Assembly (NCBI GenBank): GCA_038087875.1
Contig: CM075998.1
Coordinates: 1,674,001 to 1,738,000, forward strand
Reading direction: 5' to 3'
DNA from: Malacoraja senta
Taxonomy: Eukaryota
Length of the DNA stretch: 64,000 nt
Position 1 is the first letter of the stretch, and each line of letters begins with the position of its first letter. The position numbers and the translations under genes are program-made. The notes under the pieces were generated by a model. It saw only the letters and a program-made list of their open reading frames with translations, had not been told where the DNA came from and did no database searches. This document shows, in pieces, positions 35,201-45,752 of this stretch.

Positions 35201-37805
35201 GGGGCAGAGGCTCCCAGAATAACCGTCACCAAGATCAGGGAACCGACCAGCTCCGCTAGGACCGAACGCCAGAACCTGCGACTCCGCAGCTCCTAAGGCA
35301 GAGGCAAACAGTGTCACTGCGGGAATCATTTCCCCCTTTTACATTTTACATCCTAGCAAACAAATCTGTGGAATTCTCTGCCACAGAAGGCAGTGGAGGC
35401 CAATTCACTGGATGGTTTCAAGAGATGGCTCGAAGGGCCGAATGGCCTACTCCTGCACCTATTTCTCTATGTTCCTATGTATGGGGATAGGAATTCATCC
35501 TCAGTCACATGGACTGGATGCACTATTTCTACCACATGGAGTATTACAGCACAGAATCCGGCTATTTGGCCCGTTTGGCCTCTGCCAGCAGTTAAGCCCC
35601 ACTCAAGTCTGCTTGCAAGCTGCCTCCTTCCTCTTTCCCCTCATTCTAATCTAGCTTCCCATTTCAAGGCAAACCCACCGTTATTTAGCCACAAGGGTCA
35701 AATCATCTTCTCCATGCATTCTTCCTCAGCTACCATCACCACCCATCCTCTTGACTTCCCCTTTAGCATCCCCCACAGAGCAGACCTTTGCCCAACACCA
35801 CTTTGCCCCCTTCTTCCCTCTCACAGATAAAACCCAATCTCCGTTATCCCCAGAATCCCCTTGATTGGTACGGGTGTCAGAAGTTATGGGGAGAAGGCAG
35901 GAGAATGGAGGGAGAGATAGATCAGCCACGATTGAATGGCGGAGTAGACTAATTCTACTCCTATCACTTATGATCTTAAAATCTAATCTTCACACTTGCC
36001 CATAAAAGATGGTTTCATTTCTGGTGAGAACAGACTTCTTCCATTAAATGTGCATTGCGTGTCCCAGATTAAAATGTGCAAGTTTCACCTGAAGAACGGC
36101 GTGCAGACTTGCGATTCCGCGCACAAACTTTCCAAAGCCAGGAGGATGTCCCTGGATTTCCACACCAATGTTGGTTTACTTATTCATTTATGGGATGTGT
36201 GTGTTTTAGCCTTCTCTTTCTATCTCCCTCTGCATGGACAGGTTTAGTTCGGCCACATAGCGAGAAGCTGTTCCCATTGACGTTTGGCCCCCAACCCTAG
36301 TGACTATTTGCGTGCGAGCCACAGAAGCAGATCTACAATCACACATTACAACATGCTCCACGCTCTTAAATCTCTAATCCTGCAGCAACATTTATACACT
36401 GTAAATGGCTCGATTGTAATCATGTGTGGTCTTTCTACTGACTGGTTAGCACACAACAAAAGCTTTTCACCTCAGTACACGTGACGATGAACTAAACTGA
36501 ACTGAATGGTCCAAGGAGCAGTGATACAAGGTCTATTTTCTCCTTTTTTCACCGAGCGAGATGACAAAATGGCACCATGCAACATGAAGCCATCTTGCAG
36601 GAGGTACGTGCAGACTGATTTATGCCCGCACAGAAAGAACCCATTCTCCGTGATCACTGCTGACCACGAGGTGCTCAAACACGGACCCCATGTTGAGCTT
36701 TCCATAACTCACATTGTGTAAACTCCTCTCCGTCAGTTCAGCAGCAACGAAGGGGCTCAGCATAGAGGTAAACCTCCCAAACTATCCGACATGGGCCACA
36801 CACCACCCATGTCCCACCTGTCTGAGGTGCCTACAGCATTTGTACAAGTCAATGGATATTTTTAAGGCAGGGATAGATAGATTCTTGATCAGTGTGGGTG
36901 TCAAGGGTTATGGGGAGAAGGCAGGAGAATGGAGTTGAGAGGGAAAGATAGATCAGCCGTGCTTGAATGGCGGGGTGATGGGCCGAATGGCCTAATTCTG
37001 CTCCTATCGCTTACGAAGGCACAATTTATACAATGCCCGCAATCGTCGGAGAACTTGAAAATGAATAGCAGCTTCTCCATCACCGTGCTATCCCGTTCAG
37101 CAATGAAATAGCAGCTCTGTGAACCTGGACAAACTGCATCTACCCGCAAGAGGGAACGTTGTCCACAACAGCCGCTGCATCCCACACAAAGCCGTGTTGT
37201 TTTGGTACCATGTACAGCACAGGTGGATGTGAGGGACAGATTTAGTCATCTTATATAAAGACTGTCTACCAACAAATACGTAAGCATGAATTTATTAACA
37301 CCATCTTCATTTTGTGCCATCAATCTGTCATTCATTTGTGCTTTTTCTGTTACCTTGTTATTTCAAGATATCCATTTCTTTAATAACCTTACACTTATTC
37401 CCCTCGTTTATAGTCACATTTCACGCAGGTTTTATCGCTCATCGTTTATAGCACCACACAATTTTCTATTCTCGCCACCTTTCACCGACCCTTATCCATC
37501 AATTTGTCTTCAAGCTGTAGGGGCTTTTAAAAAAAAGTCTTTCGATTAACCTTTTGTTGTTTTGCTCCAGACGACAATGTTTCTCTCCACGTTAAAATAC
37601 ATCTCAAGACGGTACAAAAAAATACGTCCACAACTATAATCCGCACACAAAACAGTGAGCACTTCAAACCACTTGCCCTGCACACTCGACCAAAATGATT
37701 TTCAATCCTCCGTTGAACCAACTACAAATGACCCCAGCTGAGAAATCCCCTCAGTGATCGGGGAGGGGGGATTTCAACGCCATCTCTTACCTCTTGGATG
37801 GACAT
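28996..37805 (-). CDS. AQP14: Aquaporin-14, 5 coding exons (37791-37805, 34936-35292, 33594-33758, 32786-32866, 28996-29217), 279 aa
   Basis: Spliced product MSIQE|ELRSRRFWRSVLAE...SGAQMNPAVT...SGGSLNPARSLGPA...CKDIEIVETASVSRSSL. The C-terminal DIEIVETASVSRSSL motif and tandem linkage to aqp0 are characteristic of Aqp14. 840 nt, all introns GT-AG and phase 0. Confidence 0.92.
31462..31772 (-). mobile_element. HE1/V-SINE-like SINE
   Basis: Same family. Confidence 0.8.
32222..32678 (-). mobile_element. CR1-clade LINE 3' fragment in aqp14 intron 4
   Basis: RLGLYTL..., SRTRGH motifs; (CTATTGT)n tail. Confidence 0.85.
32786..32866 (-). CDS. AQP14: aqp14 coding exon 4 (GKFSGGSLNPARSLGPAVFTGVWEHHW)
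   Basis: Acceptor ttgtcctccag|GGA, donor TGG|GTAAAC, 81 nt. Confidence 0.94.
33594..33758 (-). CDS. AQP14: aqp14 coding exon 3 (INKDGNAGQALAMEIFATFQL...GILAS)
   Basis: Acceptor ttttccaagcag|ATC, donor TCG|GTAAGG, 165 nt. Confidence 0.92.
33998..34220. mobile_element. PIF/Harbinger-type MITE
   Basis: 19-bp TIR AGGGCCTGTC(G/C)CACTTGGG and 3-bp TAA TSD (33995 and 34221). Confidence 0.8.
34936..35292 (-). CDS. AQP14: aqp14 coding exon 2 (TM1-3, first NPA)
   Basis: Acceptor cctctgccttag|GAG, donor ATG|GTGAGT, 357 nt. Confidence 0.93.
37791..37805 (-). CDS. AQP14: aqp14 first coding micro-exon (MSIQE)
   Basis: GCAACATGTCCATCCAAGAG|GTAAGA: good Kozak context (A at -3) and a strong donor. Supplies the start missing from the next exon. 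Confidence 0.82.
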
Positions 37806-40605
37806 GTTGCCTGTTGATCGCAGGTGCTTCAGCTGCCCGATCCAACGCCACTATATTTTTTCAGAGCTGTGTCTTCCAACCACAAGGGAGCCCCAAAGAG
37901 CTTGAGAGCGGGACTGACCTATGACTTGCAAAAGAAGAAAATTCATCCACTTAACTCAGCAACCAAGCTCGTTCTCCTTCACCAGTGCAACCCCTCAAAG
38001 CCGCATCAATTTGAAGATCGCGGGACCCACGCAGTTTGGCTCAATGCTCTGAATAACCCTTTACTGCGTGGGCGAACGTTGGCGGGAGTGTTATGCAAGC
38101 GTGGCAACCATGATTGTGATTGATGATTAATTGTGTTTAATAATTATTATCGCGACAGCTCTAAGTGAGAAACAACGTCATGGGAAAAGCCCAGGTTCCC
38201 TCGAACCCCCTTCTCATCGATTTGCACGCCCCTGTCCACGCCTTTCCTTCACCCCACAGTTCCATCGTCGTGTCTGTCGACCAATGCCCATTCACGGCAC
38301 GTCATCGGGGAGCCTCCAACCGCTGCCCAATGATATGTGTACGCACATCCCTCACGCTCTCACTGTAACTCTGCAACTTGTTATGACTGGGATTGCCATT
38401 GGTGTTGGTGGCTGATGCTTGCTTTGGTGTCCTGGCCCCCTTACATTGGCACCCTGCTCCTCTGCGGAGGGCTGGCGGGTGGGTGCCTTTTGTTTCGTCT
38501 TTCAACAGCTCTGGCCGAGCGTCCCCCTGCGGGCGGGAGCGTAACTAACCCGTGTGATAAAAGCTTCCCTCACACCCCTGTTACACCTTTCTCCCCCGCC
38601 CCTCCAAGTCCTTGAACGGCTAATGGGAAGAGCTTCCCTCAATTCACCCTCCCGAAACCCATCAAACCTCACCACAACCTCACAAACCTCCCATCAAAAC
38701 TCGCCACAACCTCAGCAACACCTTTCCCCAGACAGTGAGCGGGCAAAGGCTGGGAATGTGAGCTGGGGCTGGAGGATCGCAACACTCCAGGGATTACATC
38801 ATTCCATTCCTGGATTAGTTGCACTAAACTTCAACGGACGTAACCTGCCTCCATTGTCCATTTCTCAAATTTTTGTTCCCAATTTAAATGAGGTTGCAGG
38901 TGACACCACGTTGAAACTCCTAGCTGGCTTTAATTTCCAGCATCTGCAGTTCCTTCTTGATCATTTTAATTTCCTTTCATTGGGAGTGGGCAGCATTGAT
39001 TGTCCATCACCCGTTACAGTTGAACTGAGTGGGCCATGCCAGGATGCAGAGAAGGGTCAGCGTCTCTGGTGGGTCTGGAGGCCAGAATGGGGAAGGATGG
39101 CGGATCTCCTCCCTCAAGGATAACACCATGTCAGTAAGACACCAAGTGCTGGAGTAACTCAGCGGGTCAGGCAGCATCTCTGAAGAACATGGATAGGCGA
39201 CGTCTCGGGTCGAGACCCTTGTGGAAGGTTGAAAAGGGTCTCAACCCAAAATGTCACCGATCCATGTTCTCCAGTGATGCTGCTGGAACCACTCAGTTAC
39301 TCCAGCACTTTGTATCCTCTTTTGTAAACCAGCATCTGTAGTTCCTGGTTTCTACCATACCAGTAGGGGATTTTGTTTTGACATTCTGGTTTATATTACC
39401 CCTGATTATTATTAATATCATAATTGAGCCACAGTGACTTAAGGCAAACAGGGTGGGGAAAGCGTACTCTGGCCCCTGGCATGGAGATTGTAACCGTGGT
39501 GGCCGTATGAATCAGGATAGTTCCTCAAAATGGCGACCTCTCCTCCGTAGTCTTTCATTCCTCTTTTGTTTTATAATTCTGGTGTTTAGGTGAGCAACCT
39601 CCGTGGTGATGGAAGACGAGGGGCCCATTTCTCTGTGCCATCGCTGTATATTGGACAAGACAGGAGATGTTAGCAAGCTGCCGGTGAGCAACAAGGGGCA
39701 AAGGATCAGAATAGAAGCACAAGGCGTCAAAAAATAACCAACTGCACAGATTATTTTCCATCTGCAGTTTTTTGAAGTACTATTGATTCTCGCGTCGTCG
39801 TGGTAACGAGGTCTTTTCATTTCAAATTGCCGGAGTGGTAGCTTCACCTGACATGCTGCAGTTACCCTGGCAACTGTTGTCCAAAGTGTTGAGGCTGGGA
39901 TATGACTGAGAATCCACTTAATTTATGTTGGAGGGAAATGACTGCTTTATGAAAAAGCAACCTCTCATTGACAAGTTTATTTAGCAAAGAGTTGAAGTAC
40001 TCGGCGGCTAACTGAGGCCAAAAGCCTCCCTCCAGGGTGACTAAAGGACAGGAGCGCATGTGTGGGATGGAGGATTCACCATCGGTTCACCATCCACTGG
40101 ATGAAGAAATCTCTCCCCATCTCAGCCGCCCCCTTGTTCTGAGTCTGTGGCCCCTGGTCTGGACACTCCAGTCTGGGGAAGCACCACCTGCCATGTCCAC
40201 CCTATATCATTCTGTGTGTTTCAATGAGATCCCCTCTCATTCTTCCCAACATTAGAGGCCACAGGTCCCGTCTGCTGTATCTCCCTTTGCACAACACACT
40301 GGCATCCCAGAAATCGATCTGGTGAACCCTTTGCTGCAATCCCACCGTGGTAAGTATCAGGCTGACAGACCCGATCAACCTCACCAGGGTCTTGCTTAAA
40401 GTAAGGTGTCTCTATCTTGTATTCAAATCCTCTTGCAATGCAGGTTCATGCCCTTATAGTTAGTTCTACCTTCAAGAGTAGACTCTGAGTGTGGATCTAC
40501 TCAGAAACCCACCCCCCCATCACTGTCTGTGTCCACACCGAGCTGCTGGGCAGGGGGGGGGGGGGCAGCTTGTGAGCTTCGGATCAGCAGCAAGATTTGA
40601 ACAGG

Positions 40606-40920
40606 AGACACAAGGAACTGCAGATGCAAAACACAAAGCGCTGGAGTAACTCGGCGGGCCAGGCAGCATCTGTGGAGGGAAACGGACAGGCGACGTTTCG
40701 GGTCGGGACCCTTCTTCAGACTGATGGTGTAGGGGGGGGGGGAGAAAGCTGGAAAAGAGAGGTGTTGGCTGGTCAAAACCTGGCAAGTGATCGAAACAAG
40801 GAACTGCAGGTGCTGGATTACACAAAGTGCTGGAGTAACTCAGCGTGTCAGGCAGCATCTCTAGAGTTTCCACAGATGCTGCCTGACCCTCTGAGTTACT
40901 CCAGCACTTTGTGTTTAGCT
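40606..40920. mobile_element. Composite Penelope-derived element
   Basis: 15-bp TSD CAAGATTTGAACAGG at 40591 and 40921; minus-strand PLE 3' UTR followed by a hairpin copy. Confidence 0.83.
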
Positions 40921-41906
40921 CAAGATTTGAACAGGTTGGAGCAGTCGGTGGAGTGTGGCTGATCTTTGGTCTTTACTGATGCCTGACTGTACAATTTGTG
41001 TTGGCTATCATCGCGGGTCTGTGACCCTCAAAGATCACCCCATGAAATGCAAGGCAGTTGTTGTGAACAATGGAGGTTCTGCTGCGCTGGCCGAGCTTAG
41101 TGGTTGCAGCAGCAACAGGGTCAGCAGAATGCCAGCCCTTCATCCACGCCGTGTTTATCCCCCCTTTTGCAAACGGAACAAAGGAGAAAGCAAAGAAGGG
41201 CCGCGTCAGTAACTGCTGACACATCCACTCCTGTCTCAATCTCCAGCCCATCCCCATTGTTTGTACAGATCTGCATTCTGGAACCTCTCTCTCCTTGCTA
41301 AATGCCTGCTCCATTTTTTGCTCTAGTTTGCTGACAGTGACTTAAAAACAACAATTGATAAGCTGCACGTTCAAGCAGATTCGAACAAAGGAGAGGATGT
41401 TGAGAGAATGTTTCTCAAAACCGCACCATGCGCCACTTGTCAACATCTATTCAAATCAACATTTCGTCGATTCTGCTGATGCTGCCCCGCCCGATGCCCT
41501 CTGAGCATCGCTGGACTGTGCAGAATTACTGCCAAAGCCACAGCGTTATCAGTGGGGGACCACGACTATTCCATGGGCTTTCACTGGGAAACACACCTGA
41601 CACGCAGGTCTCACTTTCTTACACTCTGCACGGCTTCAAAGCTCCAGCTTCAAGCCGCTTCAACACTGAGGTGTTAGTGAAAGTCAGGTTGGTGGGGACT
41701 GGAAGAGGTTGTTTAGTTTAGTGTAGTTTAGAGATACAGCGTGGAAAAAGCCCATCAGTCTGAACAAGGGTCCTGAGCCGAAACGTCACCTGTCCATGTT
41801 CTCCACAGATGCCGCCTGACCTGAGATACTCCAGCACTTTGTATCGGTCCATGTTCTCCAGAGATGTTGCCTGACCCACTAAGTTACTCCAGCAATCTGT
41901 GTCTTT

Positions 41907-42188
41907 CCATGGAAACAGGCACTTCGGCCCAGCGAGCCTATGCCAACCTGTTCACACTAGTTCTACGTTATCCCACTTTCTCATCCACTCCCTACACACT
42001 AGGGGGGATTTACAGAGGGCCCATAAACCTATAAACCCGCACGTCTTTGGGATGTGAGAGGAAACCGGAGCAACCGGAGGAAACCCACGCGGTCGCAGGG
42101 AAACGTGCAAACTCCACACAGACAGCACCCAAGGTCAGGTTCGAACCCGGGTCTGTGCCACTGAGGTAGCAGCTCTATCCGCTGCACC
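41907..42188 (-). mobile_element. HE1/V-SINE-like SINE
   Basis: Same family. Confidence 0.8.
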
Positions 42189-44169
42189 AATAATCCAGCA
42201 ATGATTTCCACCCTTGTCGAATGTACTGACACATGAACCGTGGCACATGAACTGCTCGGGGCTGCTGAGTCAGGCTGGTGGGGGGAGAACTGGGAGGAAA
42301 ATGAAACAGATATCATGGAGAAAGGAAGGGATGAAAAGGCGAGCGAGGAGAGGAAAATCGCTTTGTTCCTCGTGCATTTCCAATATTGATGCTTGTTCTA
42401 ATGAATATGTTGATCGGAGGATGGTTTCCACAGTAAACCTGCCCTTGCTTTGCTTTCATTTAATCTATTAATTATTGGATCAACATCCATCATTATTATA
42501 TCCCGAAGCGAATATTGAAAGCAGATTCTGTTTGGTACTTATCCGAATCATATTTGTACCAGCTATACCAATTCTTGAACATTGCAAAACATTACATTTA
42601 CTTAAAAAGACAATCAGGCTAGTTAAAGTAAAATTGGGAATAGCGCCATCTTTTGGCAACCAATATATTGATCCATTTCAAAATATGTTGGAGTCGAATT
42701 CTTGGTAAAATGATACAAAGCATCAACAAAAATCAGCAAGCTAGTTAAAAATTACAAATCATGTGAAACCAATGTCTAGAGCTTCTGTGTATAAAATAAT
42801 TGGTGCATTCGGGAGGGGAATGATGTGGTTGGAGATTGAATGAAACCCTAATGTGTGCTGGACAACAGAGAGGAGTGTTAACTTTCTAATGGCCAATCCT
42901 CCTCACTCTTAAAGGACAGAATCATCATAAAGGAAGGATTAAGGAATCTTCCATTATCTATAATTCTTGAAAATAGTCACGGACATTAATTGAGGGGAAA
43001 AAAAATGATCAATGGTGTTTTATCATTAATGTTTTATTATTATTAATGTTTAGTGTTTTCTGAGTCATTCGTAACTGTCACTGTGTCATGTCGTTACTTG
43101 TGGACGGAGCACCAAGGCAAATTCCTTGTATGTGAATACTTGGCCAATAAACTTACTTATTTACTTAGTTAACCTGGATGTTCAGGGAAAAGCTTTGAGT
43201 TTTCTAATAGGTAATGTCATTGCAACCTTGCTTCAGTCACAAAAGTCACACGTTCAAGTCCCATCCCAGGAACCCAAAAAGCCACAGGGCATTACTGAAG
43301 CAGCAACAAACTATCTGCTGGAGGAACTCAGCAGGTCAGGCAGCATCTGCAGAGGGAAATGGACAGTCATTGTTTCAGGTTGGGACTCTTCCTATGGATC
43401 AACTGGAGGAGCTGCACCTTCTTTGACAAGATGTTATCTTTGGACAAGATGTTCCTTTCCCTGCCAGGTTGATACAATAAATCTTATGGCAGAACTAAAT
43501 GGACATTGGCCATTACCACAGACAGCTGTGAAGGTCATTGGGTACTTTTAAAGCAGAGATTGATAGGTTCTTGACTGGTAAGGGCATCAAAGATTACAGG
43601 ATAATGGAGTTGAGAGGGGAAAATAGATCAGTCATGATTCAGTGGTGGGCCGATCGGACAAATTCTGCTCCTATCTTTTATGAAACTCTTCAAGTCCAGA
43701 GTCCACTTGTTATTCATATATTGACTTCTTGTGTTTTCTGATTTCCAAAATGAGAAACACCAATTTTACATTATGATGATGCATCAGAAACTCGATGTAA
43801 GGTTTTCCTAATTGTGAATAGCTCAATCTCCAGTCAACTAGAATTGCCCCAGCCTAGCTCAGAATGGTAATGGAAGGGATCCCAACTCAGGCTGGTCAAG
43901 TCATGGAAAAAAAAAAGCATGGATTGAAATTGGGGAGCCTCAAATCATAATTTCAGGGCAATTATTTGGCAAATTCCCCCAAACAATAATAGGTTGAACA
44001 CTTAAGTCAGAAAGCTAATGTTTATTCATACACAGGATTGAATGTTGGCAAAGCCAGCGTTTACCATTTAGCTTTGACTGCCTGATATTTTAAAATGTAT
44101 ATAGTGATTGGGACAGATGCAAGAATGTAAACTGATTTTAATATTTTCTTTGTTAAATGCATCCAAAGC

Positions 44170-44175
44170 TTTATT
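44170..44175 (-). terminator. Probable TROAP polyadenylation signal (AATAAA), implying a ~1.5-kb 3' UTR
   Basis: AATAAA on the minus strand preceded by several TGTA motifs (TTGTACATTTTTGTATATGTATGTAC); alternative AATAAA at 44462-44467. Confidence 0.6.
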
Positions 44176-45650
44176 TGCATAGTACATACATATACAAAAA
44201 TGTACAAGACACACACAAACACTTCAGGGACTAGTAGAGCAAAGGCAGCAATTTTGTATTTATACAGGAATTGACAAACTTTGCAGGTACATTACCAGGT
44301 TTGGTTATTTACAGCACATTATATTAGCTTTCATAGAAAAATCTGGACTTTTTCAATTGAAAATAAAACCTTCCTCTAGGAGAGTCAGGCTTGTGTAGTC
44401 ACCTCAAAGGCAGTGATTAAAATCTAAAGCAGACGACCAGATTGGAATGGTTCAATCAAAATTTATTTTAGTCTGCATAGGTTACAAGACTAAAGAAAAG
44501 ATGTCTAAATTGTGCCCAAAGCAGCTTCAAGGGATGAAGTCAGAATTTAAACATCTAATTGTTAGAAGTATACACAGCAGTTTACTGACACGCAGGCTAG
44601 CAAGCCGCTTGCTTCTCAGTCACTAACCCAGAACTCAACCCTGGCACACAAGAGTTCTTTGATGCTCCACTCAATGGGAAGTTGATGATATCAAGCCACA
44701 TTGTGTGGTAAGTCCAAGCAAGTATGATGCCTAGTAACAGTTTTCAGACACACCAAACAATGCAGGTGATGTAGGACAGATGCTTTTTTTTTTTTTTTAA
44801 TTTGCAAAGATTTGGGTAGTGGTACAGTAAACAAAAATATTACAAATAAAGTCTGGCTACCCTCAATGTTGAATGCTGCTGGTTGAATTAGAATCAACTC
44901 AGTCGCTGGATTTGGGGAACTCTTACTTTAAAACAGGTTATTTTACACTTGGTCAACATTTCAGCTAACACTGGATACATGACTACACTATGGGACGGTG
45001 AGGAGAAACGGTTGTCCTTGCGTTAAAACAGCAGTCACATGATCCTATCTATGCTTGGAGCTCTGCGGCTTAAAAAAAGCATTACTTTCCTCGAACTCTG
45101 GCTTTGATCAGCTCCCAGCATTGGTGTACAAGGATAATTCAATTAACTCACGTATTTCAAAGTGGCGAGACTGCAGGAGCCCTGCAAAGGATGGCAGTAG
45201 CATGTATTATCGTGTCCTGTTCATATCAGAGAGATTACAGAAAGCAAGACTCTGTTATTAATTAAGTGGTTACATAGGGTTAGTGTATTGTAGTGTACAT
45301 TGAAACTTAGGCAATTTCCACAGTGATGAAATATACAGCAGGTAAAAGCGTTAGATCACCAGGATGCTTGTGCTAGTCAGGCAGTTTTATATAGTTGATG
45401 AATCTCAAAGTGCTTGCTTTTACAAAGGAGACAGCATATGTAGACAAAGTTTCATGTAAACAAAGCATGGCTTTTGTGTTTCAGCAAGGGATCACATTGA
45501 CAATAGCTGTTCAAGTGACCATGTCGCTCAAGCTCTTGAAGGGCACTCAAGCTCACTTTTTTGTAACTATAAACTAGTTTCCTCACCAGACTTGGAGGCA
45601 TTGAAAAAGACAATGAAATAGAAAATACCACAACTTCATAAATGCATCAT

Positions 45651-45752
45651 CTAGAGGGTAGGACTTTCTTGCTCCTCCCGAACAGACTGCAGAAACTGCT
45701 GGAGACACCTCTGGCTGCTTATGCAAGGAGGTAGCTCAATTGGGACAAAGTG
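45651..45752 (-). CDS. TROAP: TROAP last coding exon (HFVPIELPP...ESPTL*)
   Basis: ttctgctccacag|CAC, stop TAG at 45651-45653. Confidence 0.85.
   Translation of the reverse strand, partial: HFVPIELPPCISSQRCLQQFLQSVREEQESPTL

Noticed and set aside
39512-39847. 111-aa minus-strand ORF between TROAP and aqp14
   Set aside because: GTG start, no recognisable homology and no supporting exon chain
15500-44000. Additional aquaporin paralogue or pseudogene in the intergenic DNA
   Set aside because: No further NPA-box or transmembrane-like exons seen by eye; TBLASTN would be needed to exclude highly decayed remnants
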